In this document: one piece after another, positions 9,910-18,216 of the stretch
Position numbering within the stretch: the stretch's first letter is position 1
Layout of the letters: every line of letters starts with the position of its first letter
Notes under the pieces: model-generated
Databases searched by the model: none
What the model was told of the DNA's origin: nothing
Seen by the model: only the letters and a program-made list of their open reading frames with translations
Assembly: GCA_964392725.1 (NCBI GenBank)
Contig: CAYMPW010000005.1
Location: forward strand, 3,658-67,657
Direction of reading: 5' to 3'
DNA: 64,000 nucleotides
Source: an uncultured Methanomassiliicoccales archaeon
GTDB lineage: Archaea > Thermoplasmatota > Thermoplasmata > Methanomassiliicoccales > Methanomethylophilaceae
Program-made: the position numbers and the translations under genes

Positions 9910-10275
9910 TCAGTTTCTGTCTGAAATAATCCAGCGTTTTGTCTTGGGGCATGCGCCTACAAGAATCATAACGACTGCAAGGATTACAAGAACAACTGTG
10001 AAGAAAAGAGTCAATGCACCGAGAATGTATGATGCGATAACTGTTCCTGCACAGATAAATGTCATAAGAAGCAAAAGCTCTCCATTCCAGGGACCTCCAC
10101 TTCTAAATCCTCCTGCTACTGCGAAGAAGAAAACTGCACAGAGCATACAGAGTGAGATTTTCAACAGACTGCTTTCAGATCCATCAAAGGCGAAAGACAT
10201 TGCGATGATGCTGATAACTCCGCCGAGGAGTCCGGCATACATACCTGAATTAACGTTATTGGGTGTATTGAACAT
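9910..10275 (-). CDS. small integral membrane protein (about 4 TM), function unknown
   Basis: 121 aa, strongly hydrophobic, Gly-rich helices. 13 nt downstream of the DUF998-like gene on the same strand. Confidence 0.6.
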   Translation of the reverse strand: MFNTPNNVNSGMYAGLLGGVISIIAMSFAFDGSESSLLKISLCMLCAVFFFAVAGGFRSGGPWNGELLLLMTFICAGTVIASYILGALTLFFTVVLVILAVVMILVGACPKTKRWIISDRN

Positions 10276-10288
10276 TTGATTAGCTCCT

Positions 10289-10858
10289 TTAATTCACCTT
10301 GGCTTTGGCAGTCTGAACGATTACCCAAATAAACATGGTGAATATTGCAAGCGGCTCCCACATAGGGAGATTAAACGCGATGATGAATGACATAATACAC
10401 ATCAAAACAATTATACTGATTCCACTGAATACAATTTTACCGTCTTTCAAATCTCCAATGGCCATACTAAGGATGGCGATAATCATAAGGATTCCAAAAG
10501 TCATTGCAACGAAGTTGTGCAAGTTTCCATTACCTATGTTCATTGTGAAGATTCCGATAAGGAAGAGAAATACGCCTGCACAGACTACGAGAATTCCAGA
10601 GAATACCGTATATTCATTTGTCTTCTGAAGTACGATTCCAACTCCAAAGAGTGCGAGAAGTACGCCTCCGATGTTACATGCAAAATTAAAAATGTATTTT
10701 GCATCGGTCTCCGATATTCCAAGTTCAGACAAGGTTTGTTGTCCGAAAACCCAGGTTGTATCCATAGACGAAGCTATAATCAGGGCGATGGAAAATAGCA
10801 AAACACCAATGGATCCCATAAGTGTAAGCGATGATGTGACATTATCATTCCCATTCAT
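10289..10858 (-). CDS. DUF998-like multi-pass membrane protein
   Basis: 189 aa, about 6 TM. A clear paralog of the N-terminal 185 aa of the ORF at 34587-35894 (LSELGIS/ISELGFN; FSGILVVCAGVFLFLIGIFT/FSGILLFISGVFLILLGIIT; IWVIVQ/IWVIFQ). Confidence 0.65.
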   Translation of the reverse strand: MNGNDNVTSSLTLMGSIGVLLFSIALIIASSMDTTWVFGQQTLSELGISETDAKYIFNFACNIGGVLLALFGVGIVLQKTNEYTVFSGILVVCAGVFLFLIGIFTMNIGNGNLHNFVAMTFGILMIIAILSMAIGDLKDGKIVFSGISIIVLMCIMSFIIAFNLPMWEPLAIFTMFIWVIVQTAKAKVN

Positions 10859-11020
10859 GTAACGTAAAAGCAGGTTGTATTAATTTAACTTTCCCTTATA
10901 TTACCATACATGAGTTTTCATTCATCACAAAGTTAATGATGTTTTTTCGACAGACCTTCGTTTTTTCTGTAAAACTCAGGTTAAAGATAAATCCTAAGAA
11001 TGTGGTAAACCAGTGATCGT

Positions 11021-11785
11021 ATGAGAAACATTTATTTTGTCGGTACTGCGGGAAGCGGAAAGAGCACAATGGTCCAAGCATACAAAGAATGGTTGGATTT
11101 CAATGGAATAGATTCAATCATCATAAATCTGGATCCTGGAGCAGACACACTTCCATACGACGCGGACATCGATATACGTGAATGGATTTCACTCGGAGAA
11201 GTTATGGCCGAGTATAATCTCGGACCTAACGGTGCACAGATTGTTGCAGCTGATTTAATGGCTGTAAATATTAAGAAAATCACATCAATTCTTGATACGA
11301 TTAAAACCAGATATGTTCTCATAGATACTCCGGGTCAGTTGGAATTATTTGCATTCCGTGAGTCTTCTAACGTAATTGTAGAATCTCTTGGAAAAGATCG
11401 TAGTATGGTTGCATATCTTTCGGATCCGCTTCTCTGCAGATCTCCAAATGGATACGTATCTTCTATGATGCTTTCAGCATTAGTTCAATTTAGACTTCAG
11501 CTTCCGATAATCAATCTTTTATCAAAATCCGATATTTTAAAAGATGAAGAAGTTGAAAGAATGGTGGATTGGTTCACAGACCCCTACTCTTTGTACGGAA
11601 GTCTGTTGGACGACGATTCTAACCCTCAGACTGTTGTTGGAATGGAATTATTCAAAGCTCTTGAAAACATGGGCACATTTGGAAAAATCCGTGCTGTTTC
11701 TGCAACAGAGTCTACGGGAATTGAAGAAATATATGACGCATCTCAGCTTGCATTTTTTGGCGGAGATGACGCAGAACCAGAATAA
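11021..11785 (+). CDS. GPN-loop GTPase
   Basis: 254 aa. P-loop GTAGSGKST, GPNGA (GPN loop) and DTPGQ motifs. Confidence 0.85.
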   Translation: MRNIYFVGTAGSGKSTMVQAYKEWLDFNGIDSIIINLDPGADTLPYDADIDIREWISLGEVMAEYNLGPNGAQIVAADLMAVNIKKITSILDTIKTRYVLIDTPGQLELFAFRESSNVIVESLGKDRSMVAYLSDPLLCRSPNGYVSSMMLSALVQFRLQLPIINLLSKSDILKDEEVERMVDWFTDPYSLYGSLLDDDSNPQTVVGMELFKALENMGTFGKIRAVSATESTGIEEIYDASQLAFFGGDDAEPE

Positions 11786-11793
11786 GAAAAACA

Positions 11794-11816
11794 ACCCGGA
11801 GAAAAACACTCCGGGT
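11794..11816. terminator. hairpin ACCCGGAG-N7-CTCCGGGT between convergent genes, followed by T6
   Basis: An 8-bp stem read from the sequence, then ATTTTTTAA. Lies between the GPN GTPase (+) and PAN (-) genes. Confidence 0.55.
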
Positions 11817-11830
11817 ATTTTTTAATTAAT

Positions 11831-13042
11831 TTATCCAAACATGTATGCTGGAACTTTTCCGGATTTACTTTTACCGTTCTCTAAGACTTTGATTTTAGCT
11901 GCTGCAAAATCATCTTTAGTAACAGTATCACGGTTATCACGGATAGCAAGCATACCTGCTTCTGTACAGATATTTTTAATCTGTGCACCCGATGTTCCAT
12001 CGGTCATTTCTGCAAGAACACGTGCATTGATGTCTCCGGATGTACTCATGTTTGTGACATGGATTTTAAAGATTTCTTCTCTTCCATCCACATCTGGAAG
12101 TCCAATTTCTATAATTCTATCAAATCTTCCAGGTCTGAGGAGAGCATCATCAAGAATGTCGGGCCTGTTTGTAGCACCTATGATTTTAATATCGCTCATA
12201 GGTGTGAAGCCGTCCAATTCTGAAAGAAGCTGCATGAGTGTTCTCTGAACTTCGCGATCTCCGGATGTTGCAACATCTAATCTTTTTGCACCAACAGAAT
12301 CCAATTCATCAATGAATATGATGCTAGGGGATTTTTCTTTAGCAAGTTCGAAAAGTTCACGAACAAGTCTGGCTCCTTCTCCGATATATTTCTGAACAAG
12401 TTCTGATCCTACAAGTCTGATAAATGTAGCATTGGTTGCATTGGCAACAGCTTTGGCCATAAGTGTTTTACCTGTTCCAGGGGGGCCTACGAGGAGAACT
12501 CCTTTTGGAGGTTCGATACCTACTTTTTTGTAAAGTTCTGGTCTAAGAAGAGGATCTTCAACAGCTTCACGAAGTTCGACCATCTGTTCTTTAAGTCCGC
12601 CGATATCGTCGTATGAGAGGTTGGGTTTATCAATGATTTCTGCACCTGTTACAACAGGGTCAAGAGGGGCGGGAAGAACGTTCATAACTGCAAGTGTCTG
12701 TTTGTTAAGAGATACTCTTGCACCAGGTACAAGTTCTGCTTCTGGCACATAGTCTGAAACAGATACAATAAAGTCAGGTCCAGTTGAACTTTTTACAACA
12801 ACACGATTGTCTGGAAGGAGGTCTCTAAGTGTTCCGATTATGAGTGGAGGGCTTTTAAGCTTCTCCATTTCACTTCTAATTCTTGTGAGATCTTTCTGAA
12901 CTCTGAACAATTCACTTTCAGAAAGACGTTTCTCATTTTCTACTTGCTGAAGTTCTTCCATAAGTCTAACATTTCTTTCCTCTAAAGAAATCAACTTAGA
13001 CTTAAGTTCGCTGTCAGACTCTTTGTATGCCTCGACCATCAT
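11831..13042 (-). CDS. pan: proteasome-activating nucleotidase (AAA+ ATPase)
   Basis: 403 aa. N-terminal coiled coil, OB segment, Walker A GPPGTGKT and Walker B IIFIDELD. Confidence 0.9.
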   Translation of the reverse strand: MMVEAYKESDSELKSKLISLEERNVRLMEELQQVENEKRLSESELFRVQKDLTRIRSEMEKLKSPPLIIGTLRDLLPDNRVVVKSSTGPDFIVSVSDYVPEAELVPGARVSLNKQTLAVMNVLPAPLDPVVTGAEIIDKPNLSYDDIGGLKEQMVELREAVEDPLLRPELYKKVGIEPPKGVLLVGPPGTGKTLMAKAVANATNATFIRLVGSELVQKYIGEGARLVRELFELAKEKSPSIIFIDELDSVGAKRLDVATSGDREVQRTLMQLLSELDGFTPMSDIKIIGATNRPDILDDALLRPGRFDRIIEIGLPDVDGREEIFKIHVTNMSTSGDINARVLAEMTDGTSGAQIKNICTEAGMLAIRDNRDTVTKDDFAAAKIKVLENGKSKSGKVPAYMFG

Positions 13043-13177
13043 TAATCCTCTACTCGGACATTAGATATACGGTTTAATTAGCTTTGGGGTCTTATGGACG
13101 TATAATCCTATTTTGAGGCTTGTATTTTCCGTATTTTTTACCTGAATTATAAATAGACTTTCGGATATTGACCATTA

Positions 13178-13669
13178 ATGATCTGCGAAATGTGCGGTAT
13201 AGAAGTACCCGTGACTAAACCGGTCTTCATAGAAGGTACAAAACTCAGTGTTTGTATGAACTGTGCCAGATTCGGAGATGAGAACAAAGCAGGAGGTCCT
13301 TCAGGAGCTCCAGTAACAGCAGGTGTTGTCGAAGAAAGACTTCAGAGACGCGAGAAAAGAATGTCCACTCGCAATATCTATGAGTCTTCCACAAGCGTTG
13401 AACTCGTCGATGATTTCGGACGTGAAGTTCGTGAAGCACGCGAAAGCAAAGGAATGACAATTGAAGAGTTTGCAAATTCCATTAACGAAAAGAAAGGAAC
13501 AATTGCAAAAATTGAATCAAATAACATCATTCCCGATGACAAATTAATTAAAAAGCTTGAAAAAGCACTTGGAATTTCACTCAGAGAAACTGTACAGACC
13601 GGTGTTTCTGTCGGTAGTCGTAAATCTGCAGGTGGAATGACACTCAGCAATTTCATCAAAAAAGAATGA
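13178..13669 (+). CDS. mbf1: archaeal multiprotein bridging factor 1 (Zn-ribbon + HTH)
   Basis: 163 aa. N-terminal CEMCG...CMNC zinc ribbon and a C-terminal Cro/C1-type HTH (MTIEEFANSINEKKGTIAKIE). Confidence 0.8.
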   Translation: MICEMCGIEVPVTKPVFIEGTKLSVCMNCARFGDENKAGGPSGAPVTAGVVEERLQRREKRMSTRNIYESSTSVELVDDFGREVREARESKGMTIEEFANSINEKKGTIAKIESNNIIPDDKLIKKLEKALGISLRETVQTGVSVGSRKSAGGMTLSNFIKKE

Positions 13670-14167
13670 TTATTTGCTGGAAACAATAGAATATGTCGCG
13701 TCGATGTATTTCGATACATCAACGCCATATTCTTTCAAAACAATCAATCCTGCAACTTCGATGTCTATGTTCATTTTTTTCTGAACATTATTACACAATG
13801 CAGGGAATTTTTTTGGTAAACCCGACTCGTTAGCCAATTCAATAAGGGTATGGAACATATCTGGAGGCAAGGGTTGATTTTCTTTCGCTTTGGGCGATTC
13901 TATTTTTATAAAATCAAGAAGGTCTGTAGAAGGTTTGTACGCAACCGGAACATCAATTTCAGATTCATTGAAATTGGGTTTTAAGTATTCTCCACTTTTT
14001 TCTAAAACAGCACGGCTGATCAACACTTTGAGAATTTCTTCCGCATCTTTGTACGGCATCCATCTGAGATCCATAGAAACTCCCATTAAGAATTCCTTCT
14101 CAGTAATCACGCTTTTTCCTTTATTGCGAAAAAACGCCGCGACGAACATGATCAGTTTGTCCTGCAT
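13670..14167 (-). CDS. conserved hypothetical protein (possibly DUF2240-like)
   Basis: 165-aa ORF with TAA stop, abutting the mbf1 stop with no spacer. The family guess is from memory only. Confidence 0.5.
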   Translation of the reverse strand: MQDKLIMFVAAFFRNKGKSVITEKEFLMGVSMDLRWMPYKDAEEILKVLISRAVLEKSGEYLKPNFNESEIDVPVAYKPSTDLLDFIKIESPKAKENQPLPPDMFHTLIELANESGLPKKFPALCNNVQKKMNIDIEVAGLIVLKEYGVDVSKYIDATYSIVSSK

Positions 14168-14211
14168 GAGTGCCCCAATGCTCTAGTTTGTAAAAAAAGT
14201 TTCTCTTCTCT

Positions 14212-14221
14212 CGCGCGCGCG
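14212..14221. repeat. (CG)5 alternating tract in the divergent promoter region
   Basis: CGCGCGCGCG read directly from the sequence within an otherwise AT-rich intergenic region. Confidence 0.8.
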
Positions 14222-14255
14222 TTATTAGTTAGCTTAACTAACAGTAAAAATAAAG

Positions 14256-14267
14256 ACGCGACGCGCG
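14256..14267 (+). promoter_or_regulatory. ACGCGACGCGCG 12-mer, 10 nt upstream of the TATATAA box of rpoK
   Basis: An identical 12-mer lies at 20634-20645, upstream of the TAAATAATA box of the serC-like/serA operon. Confidence 0.45.
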
Positions 14268-14277
14268 TGTGCAAAAG

Positions 14278-14284
14278 TATATAA
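14278..14284 (+). promoter_or_regulatory. TATA box (TATATAA) of the rpoK-rps2 unit
   Basis: Starts 23 nt before ATG 14301, which fits a leaderless or near-leaderless mRNA. Confidence 0.5.
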
Positions 14285-14300
14285 CCAAGACCTATCTATC

Positions 14301-14498
14301 ATGATTTATCCTGATGGTGAACTGCAAATGAAGTACACTAGATTCGAAAAAGCAAGAATAATCGGTTCGAGGGCTCTCCAGATTTCATATGGAGCACCTG
14401 TCCTTGTGGATTGTCCCGAGGATGTAATCGACCCAATTGACATTGCATTGTTGGAATTTGATATGGGCATGGTCCCGATAACAGTTATCAGGGATTGA
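14301..14498 (+). CDS. rpoK: DNA-directed RNA polymerase subunit K (Rpo6)
   Basis: [27 protein letters not shown] is the RpoK/Rpb6 core. An alternative start is ATG 14328. Confidence 0.85.
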   Translation: MIYPDGELQMKYTRFEKARIIGSRALQISYGAPVLVDCPEDVIDPIDIALLEFDMGMVPITVIRD

Positions 14499-14513
14499 TA
14501 AAGAGGCTTATAC

Positions 14514-15125
14514 ATGAGTGAAGCGGAAAACGTTGAATTGCTGATCGCAGAAGACACATATCTTACATCCGGTGTTCACATCGGAACTCAGCAGAAAAGC
14601 GCAGACATGAAAGATTTCATATACAAGGTCAGACAGGACGGACTTTACGTTCTCGATGTCAAAAAGACCGATGAGAGAATCAGGGCAACAGCAAAATTCC
14701 TTGCCCGTTTCGATCCTAAAAGAATTCTTGTTGTATCTGCAAGGCAGTACGGACAGAGACCTGCAAGGGAATTCTCAAAAGCAATCGGAGCACCCGCATT
14801 CGCAGGTCGTTTCGTCCCCGGTACACTTACCAACCCTGTGCACCCCGGATACATCGAACCCGATGTACTTGTTGTTACAGATCCTGCAGCAGATAAACAG
14901 GCACTTGCAGAAGCACTCAACCTTGGAATCCCCATAATTGCATTGTGCGATGCAAACAACGAAACCAGAAACGTTGATCTCGTTCTTCCTACAAACAACA
15001 AAGGAAGACGTGCACTCGCATGCGTATACTGGCTTCTTACAAGGGAAGTTCTCATCGCCAGGGGCGATTTGAAAGACCCCGCCGATTTCAACATGGAAAT
15101 CGACGACTTCGAAGCAAGACTTTGA
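14514..15125 (+). CDS. rps2: 30S ribosomal protein S2 (uS2)
   Basis: 203 aa. [18 protein letters not shown] and PIIALCD motifs. Conserved rpoK-rps2 neighbourhood. Confidence 0.9.
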   Translation: MSEAENVELLIAEDTYLTSGVHIGTQQKSADMKDFIYKVRQDGLYVLDVKKTDERIRATAKFLARFDPKRILVVSARQYGQRPAREFSKAIGAPAFAGRFVPGTLTNPVHPGYIEPDVLVVTDPAADKQALAEALNLGIPIIALCDANNETRNVDLVLPTNNKGRRALACVYWLLTREVLIARGDLKDPADFNMEIDDFEARL

Positions 15126-15241
15126 TTTTGTTTATCCAAACATTCAAACTTTTTACTTTATCCCCCTTTCTGGGGGGAAAAGTTTAATTTTTAACAATTT
15201 AAGCAAGGGATTATTTTATATCTAAACCTCATTTTGGAATT

Positions 15242-15808
15242 ATGATTTCAAATTCTTCTTTCTGTGAGGAATGTGGTGAAAACCTAGCGGACGGTGTAAA
15301 GTTCTGTCCAAAATGTGGAACACGCGTTCCTGGCAGAAGTCCGGAACAGGTAGTTGCTGAAAAAGAATCAATTCGTTCTGCACTGTACAGTCGTTTACAG
15401 TGGAGCGGAATTCTAGCATTGATTGTCGGTCTTCCTTTGTTGTTCATAGGAATTTATATTCTGGTCGATATCAATGAAATTTTGAATTTCCTCATAACAG
15501 ATCCTTATACATCTGCACTGATTAAAGAGTATGGATTAAGTGAAGAAGAGCTCAGATCCATCGTAACATATGCAGGAAACATTGCAATTGTCAGTGGAGT
15601 ATGTAATGTACTTTCAGCAATATTGTGTTTCATACGCAGATATTACATTCTCGCAATTATCTTATGTTTCGTAGGTGCAATAACTGCAATCAGCGGTTTC
15701 TTCATGCTTCTGATTGGTCTTCTTGCATTCTGGTTCATGCTTTCTTCAAAACTTGCATTCAAGGAAAAAGAAGCAGAATTGGAAGAAGTTCTTCAAAATA
15801 TAAGATGA
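15242..15808 (+). CDS. zinc-ribbon domain membrane protein, function unknown
   Basis: 188 aa. N-terminal CEECG...CPKCG ribbon followed by about 4 TM helices. Confidence 0.6.
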   Translation: MISNSSFCEECGENLADGVKFCPKCGTRVPGRSPEQVVAEKESIRSALYSRLQWSGILALIVGLPLLFIGIYILVDINEILNFLITDPYTSALIKEYGLSEEELRSIVTYAGNIAIVSGVCNVLSAILCFIRRYYILAIILCFVGAITAISGFFMLLIGLLAFWFMLSSKLAFKEKEAELEEVLQNIR

Positions 15809-15816
15809 GGGGAATT

Positions 15817-15838
15817 CCCCCCCCCCCTTTTTTTTTTT
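15817..15838. repeat. C11 followed directly by T11 (homopolymer pair)
   Basis: Read directly from the sequence. Preceded by the palindrome GGGGAATTCCCC (15809-15820). Confidence 0.9.
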
Positions 15839-15840
15839 AA

Positions 15841-15856
15841 ACGGCCTTATGGCCGT
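15841..15856. terminator. hairpin ACGGCC-TTAT-GGCCGT between convergent genes
   Basis: A 6-bp stem followed by GTTTTTC on the + strand. Confidence 0.45.
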
Positions 15857-15863
15857 GTTTTTC

Positions 15864-16760
15864 TTAGATACGTTTGAGATGTTTGAGATTTGGTTCGTAA
15901 ACCAATCCTTTATCCATCAAAACATTGGAAATTTCTTCGAGTTCATCTTCTGTGATGCCCTCGTCTTCTGCACGTCTCAATAATTCTTCGCGAGGTGCAC
16001 CCAATCCATTTGTATCAAGCTCATCCAGGAGACTAAGAATAATGTCTTCTTTATCTCCACTTGTTTGACCGCCCTCATCGATTTCAATTTCTTCGGGTTC
16101 ATCAAGTGTAACATCCTCAGGAAGTCCGAAATCAATATTTTTCTCGGGTAAAAGTATGCGTAAAGCATTCTGAATACTTTTGAGATATGTGGTGGAATCC
16201 GGGAACCCATATTCATCCAAAGCTGTGATTATACCATTCGCTTCATGTGCTGTGAATCCCATTTTCTCAAGATCTTTTTCAGATGCATCGGGGGTGTTCA
16301 AAGCTTTTTTCATTCCATTGAGGCGAGACCACATAGATTGTGCAGCTTCCAAAATCCATTCATTACGGGTTTCTTCGGTTATGTTTACGATGGTTTCAGG
16401 GCGAACTGTCACAAACACTCTTTTGTCGTCCGTAACATATGTACGTACTTTTCCAACGACTGCAACAAAAGATGGAACTTCCAAATCCGCAATTGCTGCA
16501 GCTGCTTCAGGTTGATATCTTCCAACATTGATGAAATAATTACCAGAAACATCTTGGATTCTTCCTTTCCAGAGTGGTTCATCATCATTTCCAACGTTTT
16601 CTTTCTCTGTGAGTACTCCTGCAATCAAAATTCTATTAACTTTTGTTCCTAAACGGGTAACAAGGTATGAAGGTGCTTTTTCGTCTTCACCCTTTAATTC
16701 CAACGTTGATGTATTGAGTTCAGAAGAGAATACTCTCCATGCTGTCTCTCTTGCAATCAT
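15864..16760 (-). CDS. replication protein A, smaller subunit (OB fold + acidic C-terminal winged-helix-like tail)
   Basis: 298 aa. Coupled to the upstream RPA gene by ATGA at 16757-16760. The N-terminal half is OB-fold-like. Confidence 0.65.
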   Translation of the reverse strand: MIARETAWRVFSSELNTSTLELKGEDEKAPSYLVTRLGTKVNRILIAGVLTEKENVGNDDEPLWKGRIQDVSGNYFINVGRYQPEAAAAIADLEVPSFVAVVGKVRTYVTDDKRVFVTVRPETIVNITEETRNEWILEAAQSMWSRLNGMKKALNTPDASEKDLEKMGFTAHEANGIITALDEYGFPDSTTYLKSIQNALRILLPEKNIDFGLPEDVTLDEPEEIEIDEGGQTSGDKEDIILSLLDELDTNGLGAPREELLRRAEDEGITEDELEEISNVLMDKGLVYEPNLKHLKRI

Positions 16761-18076
16761 AATGCCGCCTCCACATCACTAAGAAGTTTTTCAGCATCTT
16801 TGGATACATCTGGTTTTTCAGCATCCGCTTCTTGAACAATCATACTAAGTCCATAATCATCACTCATGACATTTCCTTTGATTGTGAGTTTCTGCATCAT
16901 AATTTTTTCACCGAGTGAAGATGCGACAATTGACGAATCTCCTCTTGTTTTTGCAAGTTCGGTTGCAATGCCTAATGTAACACCTGTGAGCTTTTCTGTA
17001 AGTTCACGATTCAAAATCGTACTAATCGCACCGGTTCCATCATCGATAATGAGTTTCATTCTAAGGTCGTATACTCCCTCCACCTTTCCATGTGCTGTAC
17101 ATTCATCATTGAGAACGGAACGATTACACTCGGGACATCTGCGAATAAGTCCACTTCCCTGTCTAATGCTGACAACAGATCCGGTGACAATCATATCGAG
17201 TCCACCGCCAATCGCAACCAATTGTCCGATTGTTTTTTTGTTTCCTTCTATCTCGATATTTCCAAAAGTATCGTCTACACGGCTAAGCGTGCATCTGTCA
17301 CCCATATTGAGCTGGGGAATACCTCTCCATGCACGTACATATGCGTTTTCGATACGAATTGTTTCTCCTTCTTTCAAAGAGTAATCATTCCATGCAGAAT
17401 ACTGAATTTTTCCTGTATCATCTGCGATTATTCCAGACCAAACCTGTTTTGGTTCGCCCTGTACTGTAATGTTACGGGTTTCAACAGAAATAATGCGGCC
17501 TGTAACCGAAATATTTCCAATTCCGTCTTTAATTTCTCCGATTTTAGCTTCGGTAGGTGCAAGTGAAAGTGATCTGTCAGGCATTTCTATTTTGACATCG
17601 CTGGATTCAATTTTTCCACGATTGCCCATATTTACCTGAACCTTGTCATTCCATACCTTTGTATACACATTTTTGAAAACGTATACGCAACCTTTCTCCA
17701 ATTCCTGTCCTTTGTCTTCCCAAATTGTGAATGAACAAGATCCGGTTTCGTCGCCTATAATTCCTGAAATTATCTTTTTCGCAGATCCTTTTACGTTGAC
17801 TGTTTTTCTATCAACATATACAGCTCTTGCAGTAATGTCGACACAAGGTTCATTTCCGCGAAGCTCGCCAATCTTTTTTACGACAGATTCAGCAGTTACA
17901 AAAGATGTATCGGTCTCACCATATTTTCTGATGATTCCTCTTTTAGCGGCATCAATAGACGTTTGATAGCTGTTCAGGTATGTGTCGAGTTCTTTGATTA
18001 TTGTATCCTCGTCGACCTTTCCGTTAAGCACCCTTTTGAGTTCTTCTATGTGGGGTGTTAGTTCTTCCATATTCAT
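16757..18076 (-). CDS. rpa: replication protein A large subunit (multiple OB folds + Zn finger)
   Basis: Repeated OB-fold segments and the Zn motif CPECNRSVLNDECTAHG. Preferred start is ATG 18076, 8 nt after a GGAG; the ORF track starts at 18106. Confidence 0.8.
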   Translation of the reverse strand: MNMEELTPHIEELKRVLNGKVDEDTIIKELDTYLNSYQTSIDAAKRGIIRKYGETDTSFVTAESVVKKIGELRGNEPCVDITARAVYVDRKTVNVKGSAKKIISGIIGDETGSCSFTIWEDKGQELEKGCVYVFKNVYTKVWNDKVQVNMGNRGKIESSDVKIEMPDRSLSLAPTEAKIGEIKDGIGNISVTGRIISVETRNITVQGEPKQVWSGIIADDTGKIQYSAWNDYSLKEGETIRIENAYVRAWRGIPQLNMGDRCTLSRVDDTFGNIEIEGNKKTIGQLVAIGGGLDMIVTGSVVSIRQGSGLIRRCPECNRSVLNDECTAHGKVEGVYDLRMKLIIDDGTGAISTILNRELTEKLTGVTLGIATELAKTRGDSSIVASSLGEKIMMQKLTIKGNVMSDDYGLSMIVQEADAEKPDVSKDAEKLLSDVEAAL

Positions 18077-18188
18077 TTTATCGACTCCTTGCTTTGTTGC
18101 AAGCATACAGATATGCCCTTCTCCCCTTTTAAGTTATACGGGGGGTACACCGAAAGTAGTGTTCATTTCCCGCGGAAGACAGCCAACG

Positions 18189-18197
18189 TTTATATCC
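18189..18197 (+). promoter_or_regulatory. TATA box (TTTATATCC) of purP
   Basis: Begins 28 nt upstream of ATG 18217 with no SD in between, which suggests a leaderless mRNA. Confidence 0.45.
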
Positions 18198-18216
18198 TTA
18201 AAATCTATCTAATGAT

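Noticed and set aside
10896-11081. 61-aa minus-strand ORF spanning the divergent promoter and the 5' end of the GPN GTPase gene.
   Set aside because: It overlaps a well-supported CDS start and promoter elements, has no SD or TATA box of its own, and has an implausible composition.
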